Shown: positions 44,441 through 60,057, counted from the first letter of the stretch. The stretch is 64,000 nt of DNA from Octopus vulgaris (GCA_951406725.2 OX597838.1:29202001-29266000), one strand, 5' to 3'. Notes: generated by a model from the sequence alone, not told the origin. Numbers and translations are program-made.

Positions 44441-45085
44441 TGAGCGTATGTATGTCTATATATATATATATATATGCATGTGTGTCTGTGTGTGTATGTG
44501 TGTGTGTGAGTTTGTGTATGTGTTCGTAGTTCAACAGACCCATCTACACAGTGGATAACAAAGTCTAAAAGTCAGTTTGAAAACCGCTTTTAAGTGAGAA
44601 ACAGAATCGCCATTTGTAAACACCTAATAACGTAACAAACCTCTAAGTGTTAAGGTGGGGAAATTATCAGAAAAGTTATTTCTATTAATTTTATTTCAAA
44701 TATATAATGCTGTACAAAGGACTTTATTTCTCATCCTACAATACATACATACGTACGTACATACATACATACATACATACATACATACATACATACATAC
44801 ATACATACTTACATACGTACATACATACATACAAGCAAACAAACATACATACGTACATACATACATACATACATACATACATACATACATACATACATAC
44901 ATACATACATACATACATACATACATACATACATACATACATACATACAAACATACATACATACATACATACATACATACGTACATACATACATACATAC
45001 ATACATACATACATACATACATACATACAAACATACATACATACATACATACATACATACATACATACATACATACATACATACA

Positions 45086-45114
<29 letters not shown>

Positions 45115-45116
<2 letters not shown>

Positions 45117-46686
45117 CCCTTTGAATGTCGCATCATATCCCGTCGGCAGCATCTCTCAACCACCAAGTATTGAAGTGTATCCCTTGACCAAATTTGCATA
45201 CATGAAGTTAATAAGACTTAAAAGGTAGCTCTTTGAGCAACATTCTTTGTCTGATAACCTAGAATACATGCCCAAAGAAGTCGCACGACTCCACTGCAAC
45301 GTATCATCAAATGAAAGGATGAGCGTATATGAGCAGAAGACTATGCATGGATATGTTAGTAGAAAGCTCCGAGATGATAGTAACATCGATCGCCAAAGCA
45401 GTTTATCATGGACCAATGGCCGGATTACTACCTCCCACTTTGAAGGGTATGTGTTTGCAATCCAGGGACAAGAAATATCAACCAAGTACCTGGCACACAA
45501 AAGAGATAGAGATGCAGGAAAAGCAGTAAAATGTGACAACCGATGCAGACTTCGTGGAGTTCACACTGAAGATATCACCCATATCATAAGCAGTTGCCCG
45601 GAAATGTCATCACAGTATTATCTTCCAACGAGACATGATGCTGTAGCTAGGACACTCTATGATGAAATCCGTCGGAAGGATAATCCCGAGGACAAAGAAA
45701 TAAAAACCAATAATAGGGTAGAAGCCATAGCCACTCATAATAAAAAGGTATATTGGAGGAATGTGCCAGTGAAGACCTTAATAAAATGTTAACACAATAT
45801 ACCTGATATAATGATTTGGGATAGAGAAGAGAAATTGTGCACAGTTGTGGAAATTAGCTGCCCAGCAGATGTTAACATAAGGCTGAAGATCAGTAAAAAA
45901 GAGAACACCTATGCTGAAATATAGAGAAATATGCAAATACTCTATCCAGGTTACAAGTTCAGGTTTATACTTGTAATTATTGAGGCTCTGGGATATATGA
46001 CACACTGTCTAAATACCAATCTTGAGAAATTAGGCTTCTCAAAATCAGAAAGGAGAAAAGTAATTCGAAGACTACAGATCCAATCCCTCACTGGAACTGT
46101 AAAAATCTGTAAAACTTTCCAGACGTTTTTCATTTAAATATATATATCATCATGTGTATCTATATGTCCATATACATATGCGCGCGTGTGTGTCTGTGTG
46201 TGTGTGTGTTGTGTGTGTATGTGTGTATTCTCACTCTGTTTATTTTCTCGTGTTCCTTTCTGTTAAAGAGCGTAGGCTCGAAACGTAAAATACTTTCTCA
46301 CTTTCCCGAGCGTTAAACTAATACAACTGTTTGTTGTTTACACAACTGTCTGTGTTTTTCTTTTGTAAATTCCAACTCTATATGTCTAGATATGCAACTA
46401 TAGGTATGAGAATACATACATAAAACATAAAAATCTGCACATACACACATACCTACCTACCTACCTACCTACCTACCTACATACATACATACATACATAC
46501 ATACATACATACATACATACATACATACATACATACATACATACATACATACACATACATACATACATACATACAAAAATACTCTGTTGTTGATGTTGAA
46601 ATTCCAATGAAAGAGCCATGGATCTGACTTAGAAACTGGTTCTTTCTGTATTGGCAAGAAATCTTGAAATAAAACTAAATAATGAC
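45115..46686 (+). mobile_element. R4/Dong-clade LINE 3' portion (zinc knuckle plus RLE) in (CATA)n; 3' UTR repeated at 46717-47081
   Basis: AIQGQEI.TK..CRL...EDITHIISSC...RHD..HNIPDIMIWD..VEISCP..KENTY..IIEALG..KICKTF. Confidence 0.88.
46256..46291 (+). ncRNA. decayed hammerhead-like motif in PLE-type insert (46225-46380)
   Basis: CTTT CTGTTAAA GAGC-GTAG-GCTC GAAA CG TA AAA. Confidence 0.4.
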
Positions 46687-46890
46687 ATACATACATACAT
46701 ACATACATATTTTTATCATTTAAGTATATATAAACATGTCTAGATATACTAGTATATGCATGAGAAGATATACAAAAACAACATACAAATCTGCAAATAT
46801 ACATACATACATACATACATACATATGTACATAAATACATACATACAAGTATACATCCATCCATAATACATACAAAGATACATGCACACA

Positions 46891-46923
<33 letters not shown>

Positions 46924-47246
46924 GCATACATACGTACATTCATACACACATACATACATATATACATACAAAAATACCCTGTTGATGTTGTTGAAATTCC
47001 ACTGAAAGAGTCTTGGATCTAGGTTAGAATCCACCTTTTTTTCTATTGGCAAGAAATCTTGAAATAAAACTGAACAATGACATACATACATACATACATA
47101 CATACATACATACATACATACATAAATACATACATACATACATACATACATACATACACACACACATACATACATACATAAATACATACATACATACATA
47201 CATACATACTCACAAATACAACACACACGTAAATATGTATGCTTAA

Positions 47247-47353
<107 letters not shown>

Positions 47354-47354
47354 T

Positions 47355-47457
<103 letters not shown>

Positions 47458-47474
47458 GATAGATAGATAGGTAA

Positions 47475-47506
<32 letters not shown>

Positions 47507-47964
47507 GTAATATACATGTGCATGTGAATACTGTCATGTGTTGCATGTGCACGCGTGTAAAGGCAGTCACGTTGTCAGAATGTGCATGTATAGGTCGGTT
47601 GTCATATCAATGCTGCTACGTGTGTGTGTGTGTGTGTGTGTGCACGATTGTGCTTGGCATTTCAATGTTTGGTGTCAATTGCAACACTGGTCTATGCACC
47701 TGAAAAGAAGTAAAAATTCCTGTTTTCTGCTGTCAAGTGCCAAAAACATACACGTGAGGTTTTAACTGCTTGACACGGCCGCCATTTATTTCTTTCAACC
47801 TGCAGGCTGAATATAGGCTTAGCAATTGTACGTATGTGGATTGATTCACTATATACAGGCACACAAATATATATATATGAATACATACACACACATATAT
47901 ACATTCATGCATTATATTTATAGATATATACATACATACATACATATATATATGTATATGTATG

Positions 47965-48071
<107 letters not shown>

Positions 48072-48089
48072 ATATATATATATATGCAC

Positions 48090-48125
<36 letters not shown>

Positions 48126-48746
48126 TTATGTTGTGTCTTTTACTATCTATGTATACATATACATAAATACATTCATATATATTAATGGATTATACACATG
48201 CACATAGGTGTGTATATACATAAATGCATACATACACGCACACACAGACACACACATATATATATACACACACACACACACTCACACAAATACTTACACA
48301 CACGTGCATGGACAGGAAGTCAGAATTGCTGTTGACAATGCGGAAGCACTCGGATATGGCATTCACGTGTGCTGAGAAGATGTAGCAATCACCATATCTA
48401 CACATATATATTGTATCTCGACTCCCTTTGCGTCCTTTATGTCGTAAACATATACGCCGCAACTCCATATTCCATGTGGAATTGTTCATGTTCAACCTAC
48501 TGCCGTTCACATTCAACAACCACAACATTGCGATACACACACACAATCACACATACACACACAGACTCATACACACATACACATGCAAATAGACACACAC
48601 ACACACACAGACACGAACACACAAAAACGCCAAACATATACATGCACGTATCTCTCTCTGTTTAAAATGTCGACAAATTTAAGTTATTTGTACATGTACC
48701 CAGAATCGCTTATGGCTGACGCACACACGAATGTGTGTGTATGTGT

Positions 48747-48796
<50 letters not shown>

Positions 48797-48854
48797 AGTC
48801 ACATATAAAGATATAAGCTTATACGTTTGTATATACATATGCATGTACATACAA

Positions 48855-48892
<38 letters not shown>

Positions 48893-49009
48893 AGGAACAA
48901 ATCTTTTATTTCTGTGCGTGTTTGGGCGCATGTGTGCGCCCGCGTGTGTATCGAGTTACCTATAAAAATATATGCATATATGTATTTATATATGTATATA
49001 TATATATAC

Positions 49010-49040
<31 letters not shown>

Positions 49041-49571
49041 TGTATGTATGTATGTATGTATGCATGCATGTATGTATGTATGTATGTATGTATGTATGCA
49101 TGCATGCATGTATGTATGTATGTATGTATGTATGTATGTATGCATGCATGTATGTATGTATGTATGTATGCATGCATGTATGTATGTATGTATGTATGTA
49201 TGCATGCATGTATGTATGTATGCATGCATGTATGTATGTATGCATGCATGCATGCATGCATGTATGTATGCACGTATGAATGTATGTATGCATGTATGTA
49301 TGTATGTATGTATGTATGCATGCATGTATGTATGTATATATGTATGTATGTATGCATGTATGCATGTATGTATGTATGCATGCATGCATGCATGTATGTA
49401 TGTATGTATGTATGTATGCATGCATCTATGTATGTATGTATGCATGCATCTATGTATGTATGTATGCATGCATCTATGTATGTATGTACACGGGTGTGCA
49501 CATATACGTATGGCTAGGAACAAATTTTCTATTTCTAAGTGTTTATGTTTGTATGCGTGTGTATGTACGTA

Positions 49572-49635
<64 letters not shown>

Positions 49636-49965
49636 TGTGTGTGTTTAATTTCAGTACAGAACCTACAAAAACAAACAAAGAAACAAACAAAAGCCGCAGT
49701 AAACTTTGGATAATCTGTAATTCAGTGTCGTTGACGACAGGGTGATTATAGAGATTGTTATTTTAAACTATCGATTTTCGATAAAATTGGATGTAGTATA
49801 CGGTGATATATATTTTATTTGAATGTCTAAAATGTATCCAATATGACTGCGAGAATGAAAACTGCATCGATTTCTTTGTGTCGTGATTGATTTCATTAGA
49901 GATCAATACAAAACAGAGATCTTATACGCATTGCGCATGCTAAAACGTATAGGATAATATCATCC

Positions 49966-50039
<74 letters not shown>

Positions 50040-50059
50040 ATATATATATTATATATATA

Positions 50060-50108
<49 letters not shown>

Positions 50109-50128
50109 CTCTCTCTCTCTCTCTCTCT

Positions 50129-50289
<161 letters not shown>

Positions 50290-50443
50290 TAGAAAAAAAC
50301 ATATTTTATCAATTCAAAATGAATAATTAAATTACACCATCTAGAAAATTACATATAATAGAAAAGTTAAAATTAAAATAACAATTAAAAAGTAAAGATT
50401 AAGTAAATTACAAAAATAGTATAATGTATGTAATAGGTAGAAA

Positions 50444-50530
50444 AACGACACGTGTTTCGCTGCTATATTTAAGAAGTGATTATAGTAGTAGAGAAATCAC
50501 TTGTATATAAATATAGTCGCTCATCAGGTT
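50444..50530 (-). ncRNA. minimal hammerhead ribozyme, canonical core
   Basis: Minus: AAC CTGATGA GC-GA-CTATATTTA..TAAATATAG-CA-GC GAAA CACGTG TC GTT. Confidence 0.88.
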
Positions 50531-50912
50531 AAAAATATAATAGAACAGTAAAATAATTCATTAATATACATACTTTAATATATATATATATATATATGTA
50601 TATGAAAAGTCTAAATATACATAATAGAAAAATAAAATAATACTTCAATAATTAAATACTTTAAAATTTAAATAAAATGCACAAAGCTATTACAAGTCAT
50701 TAATTTGTAATCAAAATAAGAAATGTTTCAAATATAGACAAACTCCTTACATAAGCTAACCATATAATAAATATATGTGTAGTATCTATATATTTAATAT
50801 AACAAACTATAACAAAGTAGACTAAATATCAAATAATATAATACCTAATTATCTTCAATTTAGTATTACAAATACATAATCCACCTATATATCAATAAAT
50901 AATATAATATAT

Positions 50913-50971
<59 letters not shown>

Positions 50972-51368
50972 TCTTTACTCTTTACTCTTTTACTCTTTTA
51001 CTTGTTTCAGTCATTTTGACTGCGGCCATGCTGGAGCACCACCTTTAATCGAGCAACTCGACCCGGGACTTATTCTTTGTAAGCCCAGTACTTATTCTAT
51101 CGGTCTCTTTTTGCCGAACCGCTAAGTGACGGGGATATAAACACACCAGCATCGGTTGTTAAGCAATACTAGGGGGACAAACACAGACACACAAACACAT
51201 ACATATATATACATATATACGACGGGCTTCTTTCAGTTTCCGTCTACCAAATCCACTCACAAGGCTTTGGTCGGCCCGAGGCTATAGTAGAAGACACTTG
51301 CCCAAGGTGCCACGCAGTAGGACTGAACCCGGAACCATGTGGTTGGTAATCAAGTTACTTACCACACA

Positions 51369-51419
<51 letters not shown>

Positions 51420-51622
51420 TACATTTAAGGGGGAATTACCACTATGTGGAAAGCCTAATTCTAGAAGTAGATCCGCCAAGTTCTTACCACTAAGAATTGT
51501 TCTCTAGAAACCGTAAGTGAACAAGACAAATGAAAAGTAAGAAAAATATAGATTAATCATAAACAATGTTTCACTATCAACAAATTACGTAATTTTACTT
51601 ACGCAATTTATCTGTAGATCTT

Positions 51623-51680
<58 letters not shown>

Positions 51681-51771
51681 TAGAGATAAAACCACTATTA
51701 GGCAAATCATACAATGAAAAACTTAAGCCAATACATAAGATTAATTAATTTATATTATTTAAAAATATATC

Positions 51772-51859
<88 letters not shown>

Positions 51860-52266
51860 CAGGAGTGGCTCCGTGGTAAGACGCTTGCCTCCCAGCCGCA
51901 TTGTTCCAGGTTCAGATCCACTGCGTGGAATCTTGAGCAAATGTCTTCTACTATAGCCTGGGTCCGACCAAAGACTTGTGAGTGGATTTAGCAGATAAAA
52001 ACTGAAAGAATACCGTCGTATATATGTATATGTATGTGTTTGTGTATTTTTGTTTGTCTCCACTACCACCGCTTGACGACAGCTGGCTTGTTTACGTTCC
52101 TGCAACTTAGTGGTTCGGCAAAAGAGATCTATAGAATAAGTACCAGGCTTTAAAAAATGTACTAGGACTGATTCATTCGATTAAAGTTCTTCAAGGCGGT
52201 GCCCCAGAATGGCCACAGCCTAATGACGGAAACAAGTAAAATGGTAAAACCTAAAAGATACATATA

Positions 52267-52352
52267 CAGGCTGTCTCAGGTTTCATTGTCAATGAATTAA
52301 GACTCTAGATAGATAGATATAATTCATAGAGAGTTAATTCTGGGACACCCTG
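52267..52352. mobile_element. tiny mariner-like MITE
   Basis: TA-CAGGCTGTCTCAG .. CTGGGACACCCTG imperfect TIRs. Confidence 0.45.
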
Positions 52353-52460
52353 TTTCTAGGGATAGATAGACAGATAGAGAGGTAGGTAGGTAGGTAAACA
52401 GACAGACAGACAGATAGACAGATAAGTAAATAAATAGACAGACAGACAGACATATAGATT

Positions 52461-52506
<46 letters not shown>

Positions 52507-52510
52507 AAAA

Positions 52511-52542
<32 letters not shown>

Positions 52543-52567
52543 TAGACAGATAGATAGATAGAGAGAC

Positions 52568-52634
<67 letters not shown>

Positions 52635-53095
52635 CAGACAGAGTGACAGATAGATAGATAGATAGATAGATAAAAAGATAGATAGATAGATAGATAGATA
52701 GACTGACAGACAGACAAACAGATAGATAGACAAGTAAATAAATAGAGACAATGACATAGAGTGAGCGGGAAAGAGCCACAGAGGAAGAGGCGATGTAGGA
52801 GGAGATGAAGGAAGAGGTGAAAAAGTAAATGACGAAGTTATAGTTTTCCTCTTGAAAATTAGTTTTCATTTCATCATTTTGTTAAGCACCAAAAATTAGA
52901 TGAATTTTAAATTATAATTTTTTCTATATGCATGCCATAGTTCCTAATATAACCCGTGGTGCAGAAAGTATACTCCTAATGTCACCTTTATATATATATG
53001 TGTATATATATATATATGCATATATAAAATTATTTTTTCGTAATGAGATAAAGAACCAAGACTGAGTAGATTTTAGAACATTTTTAGATAGAATG

Positions 53096-53141
53096 TCTTA
53101 CAGCTGTTTCAAGGATGTTTATTATAGCCCTTCATCGGAGA
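53096..53141 (-). ncRNA. hammerhead-like motif, one core substitution
   Basis: Minus: TCT CCGATGA AGGG..CCTT GAAA CAGCTG TA AGA. Confidence 0.65.
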
Positions 53142-53206
53142 AGGTGTGAGAGAATAGTTAAGTAATATATATATATATATATATACATATATACATATAC
53201 ATATAC

Positions 53207-53261
<55 letters not shown>

Positions 53262-53643
53262 CAAAACATTCAAACACTGAGATTCGAAATCAGATGTCAC
53301 TACTGTTCATATCATCTGTGGATAAATTTTAAAATTGATATCAGCAGCAGTAACATATATATATATAATATATATATATATACATACATATACATTTACT
53401 GTCATCTGTATTATTTCATATTCTTCACTACCTACCACTTGCACACACATACACAGACACTCACACAAACACATACAACAACACACAACGCACAACACGC
53501 ACGCTCACATATCTATTATCTTTTGTGAACTGAGTAAATATAGACTCTTCGCGACTCACCATATATCTATATATATATGTATGTATATATTTGTATGTGT
53601 GTGTATATATATATATGTATATATATATACATATATACATATA

Positions 53644-53703
<60 letters not shown>

Positions 53704-54389
53704 TATATACATACATATTTATTTATGTATACATACACACATAATCAGCATAATGCTTGTACACACCGTGTTTTTCTTTTTCGATACATTATTTACTTAA
53801 TCTTGTATAGTGTTTTGTTGTTGCTAAGCAAGAACAGAGGGAAACTGCTTAAGTGGGTAATAACGGTGGGTTTAAAGAAATAGTTGATGGAAATTACGAC
53901 GAAATATATCGACAGTCTTTAAGCTTTTGTTTCGTTAGAAGTTGATAGCAATGGATTAACAATGCAAAGAGATATTAAAAAAATACAGCACAGGATAAAA
54001 AAAAATATCACCAGTTATAGCAAATAGGTCCATTAGATAAATATTTACATAAGGTAAGTGTTTATACAGAAACATTCAATCTGTAAATGATGCGAATATT
54101 GAAGAAAAAAAGAGAACTTTTAAGCAATGACGTTGAGAATTTAGGTCAAATATGTAAAGGGATGACAATAACTGAAGAAAACGATAAGTTTTGTGTCAAC
54201 TCTCTCAATATATTTTTTTAATGCTTCTATTATATTTCGGGAAAGATACCCCTCATTAAATATATTTATTATTGTTATTATTTTCTTCATCTTCATCTTA
54301 TTGTTATTGTATTCATCATAATCATCATCTCCGTCATTGTCATTACCATCACCATCGTCATCGTCGTCGTCGCCATCATCATCATCATC

Positions 54390-54434
<45 letters not shown>

Positions 54435-54470
54435 GTCATCAACGTCTACCTCATTATTCTTATTACTATT

Positions 54471-54560
<90 letters not shown>

Positions 54561-54643
54561 GATCATCATCATCATCATCATCATTATTATTATTATTATT
54601 ATCATCATCATCATCATCATCATTATTATTATTATTATTATTA

Positions 54644-54683
<40 letters not shown>

Positions 54684-54749
54684 CATCATCATCATTATTA
54701 TTATTATTATCATTATTATTATTATTATTATTATTGTTATTATTATTAA

Positions 54750-54784
<35 letters not shown>

Positions 54785-54799
54785 TACTATTATTATTAA

Positions 54800-54868
<69 letters not shown>

Positions 54869-54899
54869 TATGATCATCATTATTATTATTATTATTATT

Positions 54900-55860
54900 C
54901 TATGTTTGACTTTTGCTTTATATTTGTACAAGTTGGCTCCAAGTCTCACCCAGAGACCTCAAGAGACAACAGGGTTAGAAGTTCATGTTGTTGTTATGCC
55001 TAGTGTGCCATATATTTGGGGGGTGGGGATGTTGTACTAATGAATGTCTAAAAAAAAAAAAGGTTTTTTTTTTTTAAACCGAAAATTATGTTTGTTTTAA
55101 ACCTTGAGATTACATAGAGAGTATTTTGCGTAGGATATGAGCAGTTCCCATGAGCACTATCTTTTGAACTTCTGCCATTTTTGGGTTTCCTGGTATCTGA
55201 GTTAGGTAGCTATCAGCCCCTTTTGCTATCATTCCCAGGGCACCTATGACAACAGGTATTGTTTTAGTCTTCAGCTTCCACATTTTGCTGATTTCTAAAG
55301 ATCTTTATATTTGCTCAGTTTTTGGTAGGTCTTGACAGATACGTTTATATCGATTGGGACAGTCATATCAATGAGGAGGCATGTTCTTTGTTTGAAGTCT
55401 TTCAATATGATGTCTGGCCTATTTGCATCTATCTTCCTGTCAGTTTGAATGGTGAAGTTCCAGAGGAGTGAGATGTGGTCATTTTCAAGCACTGGGGGTG
55501 GTTTGTGTTCCCACCAGTTTTTTTCATGGGGCAAATCCAGGTTTTTACAGATTACCCAGTGAATATATTGTGCAGCTCTATCGTGCCTGTTGAGATACTC
55601 TGTAGGCGCTAGAAGACTGCACTTGGAGACCACATGGTCAATGGTTTCATTTTGTTGCTTGCATACACGACACGTTGGACTGCTTCTGATCTTTAATATG
55701 TTGGCCCTGGTAGTTTCTTGTTGGTAGGCATTGATCTTGAGCTGCTATGATAAACCCCTCTGTTTCAGATTTTAAGCCAGAGGCCATTAGCCATTGATGG
55801 GTCAGGGCTTTGTCGATATCTGCATTATTCGCTCTCTTTGGGTATTTGCCATAGAGAGGT
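54900..55860 (-). mobile_element. Dong/R4-clade LINE 3' end abutting a (TAA)n array (54270-54899)
   Basis: CRVC...ETIDH..SKC..RHD..IHW..LLWNFTIQTD.KIDANRPDII..LID..VP..KLSKYKDL; 3' UTR runs into AATAATAAT. Confidence 0.9.
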
Positions 55861-55913
55861 GATGTCTTCTAGTGCCTCCAAATTTAATACACAATTATTC
55901 ATAATTGTAGAGT

Positions 55914-56004
55914 CCTACGCTGAAGAGAAAAATAGTCGGGTAAGACATAATTATGTAATTTTTATGCTTTCCTATGACTTAATTTCGAAACGTACGTCCG
56001 TAGG
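55914..56004 (+). ncRNA. minimal hammerhead ribozyme, intact, 6-bp stem I
   Basis: CCTACG CTGAAGA GAAA..AGTC..GACT..TTTC GAAA CGTACG TC CGTAGG. Confidence 0.92.
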
Positions 56005-56190
56005 TGACTTAATATAGAATGATTGTCGTCATTTCTTTCTCTTTTGCCTGCGTTGTTTGCCTTTTAAGTGGTGTGGTTTTACTGAGATCTCCCTTTTAAG
56101 TAGAAAGAATAGCCAGGACTCCTTGACTGCTATTTCTAAATTCGGTGTGTGGTGAGGCAAATCGTTGCTAAACCCTTAATTACTTAGTAT

Positions 56191-56238
<48 letters not shown>

Positions 56239-56415
56239 GTAAAAAAATACAGACTGGGACAAGAACGCAAAACATTTAGAAGACGATACAAAAACACGGA
56301 CGGGACATTCTTCAGTCAAGAACCGGATCATCCTCACAATTTCGGCTGATTAACCTTGAGATTGCTCCGATCTGGCCAGCCCCAAAGGAAAATCTAAGCC
56401 AAGCGCATTAGATTC

Positions 56416-56467
<52 letters not shown>

Positions 56468-57059
56468 CAAATGAAAGACGAGAGACGAAATATACGAGAA
56501 TTTATTATTAAATCACAACAATTGTTTCGACTCATCTACAGGTATGGTGATGCAAACAGGAAAATAGAACTCAAGATATGGATATATGTATATTTTTATT
56601 AGTATTTAGTAAAAGCAACGGAGTGACTTAAGGGCCGAGAACGCACGGAACTCCCGGCTCTTGAAACATTCTTTTGCTTCTACTATATATATATATATAT
56701 ATATATATACGTTTGTGTGTATAGATTTGTGTAATTTGTAACGAATAACACAGCATACGCGAAGGCAAGCAACAGAAATATAGAATTCATATAAATGTAG
56801 AAAAACTAAAAAAAAAATGTAATAATTGAGTTTTGCAATTTAAAGGAAAACTTTGAATATAAATGAAGAAATAAATAAATGAAAATTATTTAATGGAAAT
56901 ATCTAAAAATATAAAAGAAATAAAATAAAAAATGAAATTTAAAAAGAATAAAATAAAATAAAACGGAGATTAAAATCTTACCGAAATTTATTTGAAAGTG
57001 TAAACATGACATTTAAACATTAAGAATGTTGGGGAGGTGGAGTTGGTGGCGGGGGTGAT

Positions 57060-57062
57060 GAC

Positions 57063-57094
<32 letters not shown>

Positions 57095-57867
57095 TGCTGC
57101 TACTCATGTTATTGGTGGTGGCGTTGGTGGTAGTGATGGTGGTGGTGGTGGTGGTTGCGGTGGGGTGATGGTGATTGTGGTGGTGGTGGTGGTGGTGGTG
57201 GTGGTGATGGTGGTGTTGGTGGTAGTGGTGGTGGTTGCGGTGGGGTAGGGGTGATTGTGATGATGGTGGTGGTAGTGGTGGTGGTGGTGATGGTGGTGGT
57301 GGTGGTAGTGGTGGTGGTGGTGATGGTGGTGGTGGTGGTTGCGGTGGGGTAGTATTGATTGTGATGATGGTGGTGGTGGTGGTGGTGGTGGTGGTGGTGG
57401 TGATGGTGGTGGTGGTGGTGGTGGTGGTGGTGGTGGTGATGGTGGTGGTGGTAGCGGTGGATTAGTGGTGATTGTGATGATGGTGGTGGTGGTGGTGGTG
57501 GTGATGGTGGTGGTGGTAGTGGTGCTTGTGGTGGTGGTGGCGTCACAGCTGGTGATGGTTGTAGTAGTGTAGATGGGGGGAGTGGAGGTGGATGGGGATG
57601 TTCGTGGCAATCGTTTGTGGTCGTCGGTGGGAGGTGGTGGTGGTGGTGGTGGGGCGCGCGGCTTGAGAGGATTTAAGACATTTCCACAATAACGACGTGT
57701 AAGATGGAAAAGAAAATAAACAAATACAAAACGCAAAAAAAGCGCTGATTCCGATTATTGCTCGAAATACCAACGACAATAGCAACAACAACAACACCAT
57801 TAATGATGATAATAATAATAATAATAAATAATAAATGAATAATAATAGCAATAATAATAATAATAGC

Positions 57868-57923
<56 letters not shown>

Positions 57924-57940
57924 AGAGTAATAGTAATATC

Positions 57941-58024
<84 letters not shown>

Positions 58025-58384
58025 AAGAAGAAGAAGATTAAGAAGAAGTAGAAACAGAAGAACCACAACAAAGAGTAATAGCAATAAGAATAGTGAGGTA
58101 GACGTTGGTGACAATAATAATACTGATGATGATGATGATGATGATGATGATCATGATGATGATCATGATCATGATCATGATGATGGCGACGACGACGATC
58201 AAGATGTTGATGGTGATGACAAGGACAGAGATGATGATTATGATGATTACAATAACAATAAGATGAAGATGAAGAAGAAAAAGAAGGAGGAGGAGAAGGA
58301 AGAGAAGATGAAGAAGAAAGAGGAGGAAGAGAGAGAGAAGGAAGAAGAAAAAGAAAGGAAGGAAGGAAGGAAAGAGAGAAATAT

Positions 58385-58419
<35 letters not shown>

Positions 58420-58500
58420 GAGAAAGTAAGAAAGAAGAGAGACAGAAAGGAAGAAAAGGAGAAAGAAAGAGAGGAAGAAACAAAAAAAGTGAGAAAGAAA
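57060..58500. repeat. low-complexity block (CTG, GGT, AAT, GAA, GAT, GAAA arrays)
   Basis: Seen directly. Confidence 0.9.
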
Positions 58501-58570
58501 GAATGTACAACAGCAATCTTCACGTCATTATTGTAAAAATAATTTAATTGTATTTTGAAAGGAAATAATG

Positions 58571-58610
<40 letters not shown>

Positions 58611-58923
58611 TACATACGCACACAGATACATACGCACACCTTTTTCAAAAATCTTTAATGAATGAATAAATAAAAATTTAAATTCACGAAACGCGAAAAA
58701 ATAGTCGAAGAAAAAGAGAAATCACGGAAGGTATTAGTCGTAATGCTAAAAGCCGATTTAAGAAGACTAAATTTAACAGATATATATATATATGTGTGTG
58801 TGTGTATGTGTGTGTGTGTGTGTGTGTATGTGTGTGTATATATGTGTATGTATGTGTGTATGTGTGTATATGTGTGTATGTGTGCATGCGTGTGTGTGTA
58901 TGCATGTGTGCGTGTCTGCATGC

Positions 58924-59019
<96 letters not shown>

Positions 59020-59245
59020 ATATGTATGTATGTATATATGTGTGTGTGTATATACATATATATATATATATACTTACAAATACTTACATGTATATTTACA
59101 TAAATGCATTTTCGTATTATGTATATATACATATATAATTTTGTATATATAATATACATACATATATATATACATATATGTATTCAAATATGCATGTGTG
59201 TATGTATATATATATATATATATACATATATGTATTCACATATGC

Positions 59246-59283
<38 letters not shown>

Positions 59284-59312
59284 AAATAAGCAACAAGGAT
59301 ATCCAGAGGTAA

Positions 59313-59398
59313 TGCAGTACGATCGTTTCACGCAAGTCTATTTGATTAAACAATGCTATCATTACATCAATTTAAATGTAGAGCAATCCTCAGCTGCA
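59313..59398 (-). ncRNA. minimal hammerhead ribozyme (same family as 7487)
   Basis: Minus: TGCAG CTGAGGA TTGC..GCGT GAAA CGATCG TA CTGCA. Confidence 0.8.
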
Positions 59399-59445
59399 CA
59401 GACACAGAATTTAGTTAAATTAAAACAGATGGACACATTAGTATA

Positions 59446-60011
59446 ATTTTGCCTAAAGTTAGGTGACCATATGTTAGGGGTGATGAAATCGCAGAAATTG
59501 TTTGACAGCCATGACTGGGATTTCCTGATTGTGTGGAATGGTGCAGAATCCTGTTGCCAGACATAGGGTTTTTCAACAGCCACATTCTTCCCCCAGGGTA
59601 GCATTATCTCCTCCAGGCACTTGATGTAGGCCTCCGTGTTGAGTGTGAAGCCGTGTGGGAAGATGAATGGAGGCATAAAGACGCCATCACTAGTGATCAC
59701 TCCAAACACCATGATGTTGACTGGATGTTTGATTTTTATCACTCTCGATACAGGCTTTGGGGGCACGGCAAGTCAGCAATTGCTCTGTGTGTTCACCATC
59801 TGCTTGTATTGGAACTTCCGGCGCAAATGCCAAGCAGGACAGCATGTCGTTTCCAAATTTCTGGCAGAGTGAATTGTGCTATGGTGTTGTTTTCCTCACA
59901 GACGGTGCCCAACTGACTTTACTAAACTGGGTAGTCAATAAAATCAAAAACAATGTGCATGGGTAAAATAAAAAATATAAAATGGCGACAATTTACCCAT
60001 CTCACCCAATA
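59446..60011 (-). mobile_element. Tc1/mariner superfamily relic (DD37D/maT-like), internally deleted and truncated
   Basis: KHPVNIMVFGVITSDG..PPFIF..YIKCLE..LPW..WQQDSAPFH..WSPN; terminus TATTGGGTGAGATGGG. Confidence 0.8.
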
Positions 60012-60020
60012 TGTGTGTGT

Positions 60021-60056
<36 letters not shown>

Positions 60057-60057
60057 T

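Noticed and set aside
53811-54060. Candidate exon ending in AAG|GTAAGT
   Set aside because: No open frame identified and no supporting neighbouring exons; single splice-like motifs arise by chance
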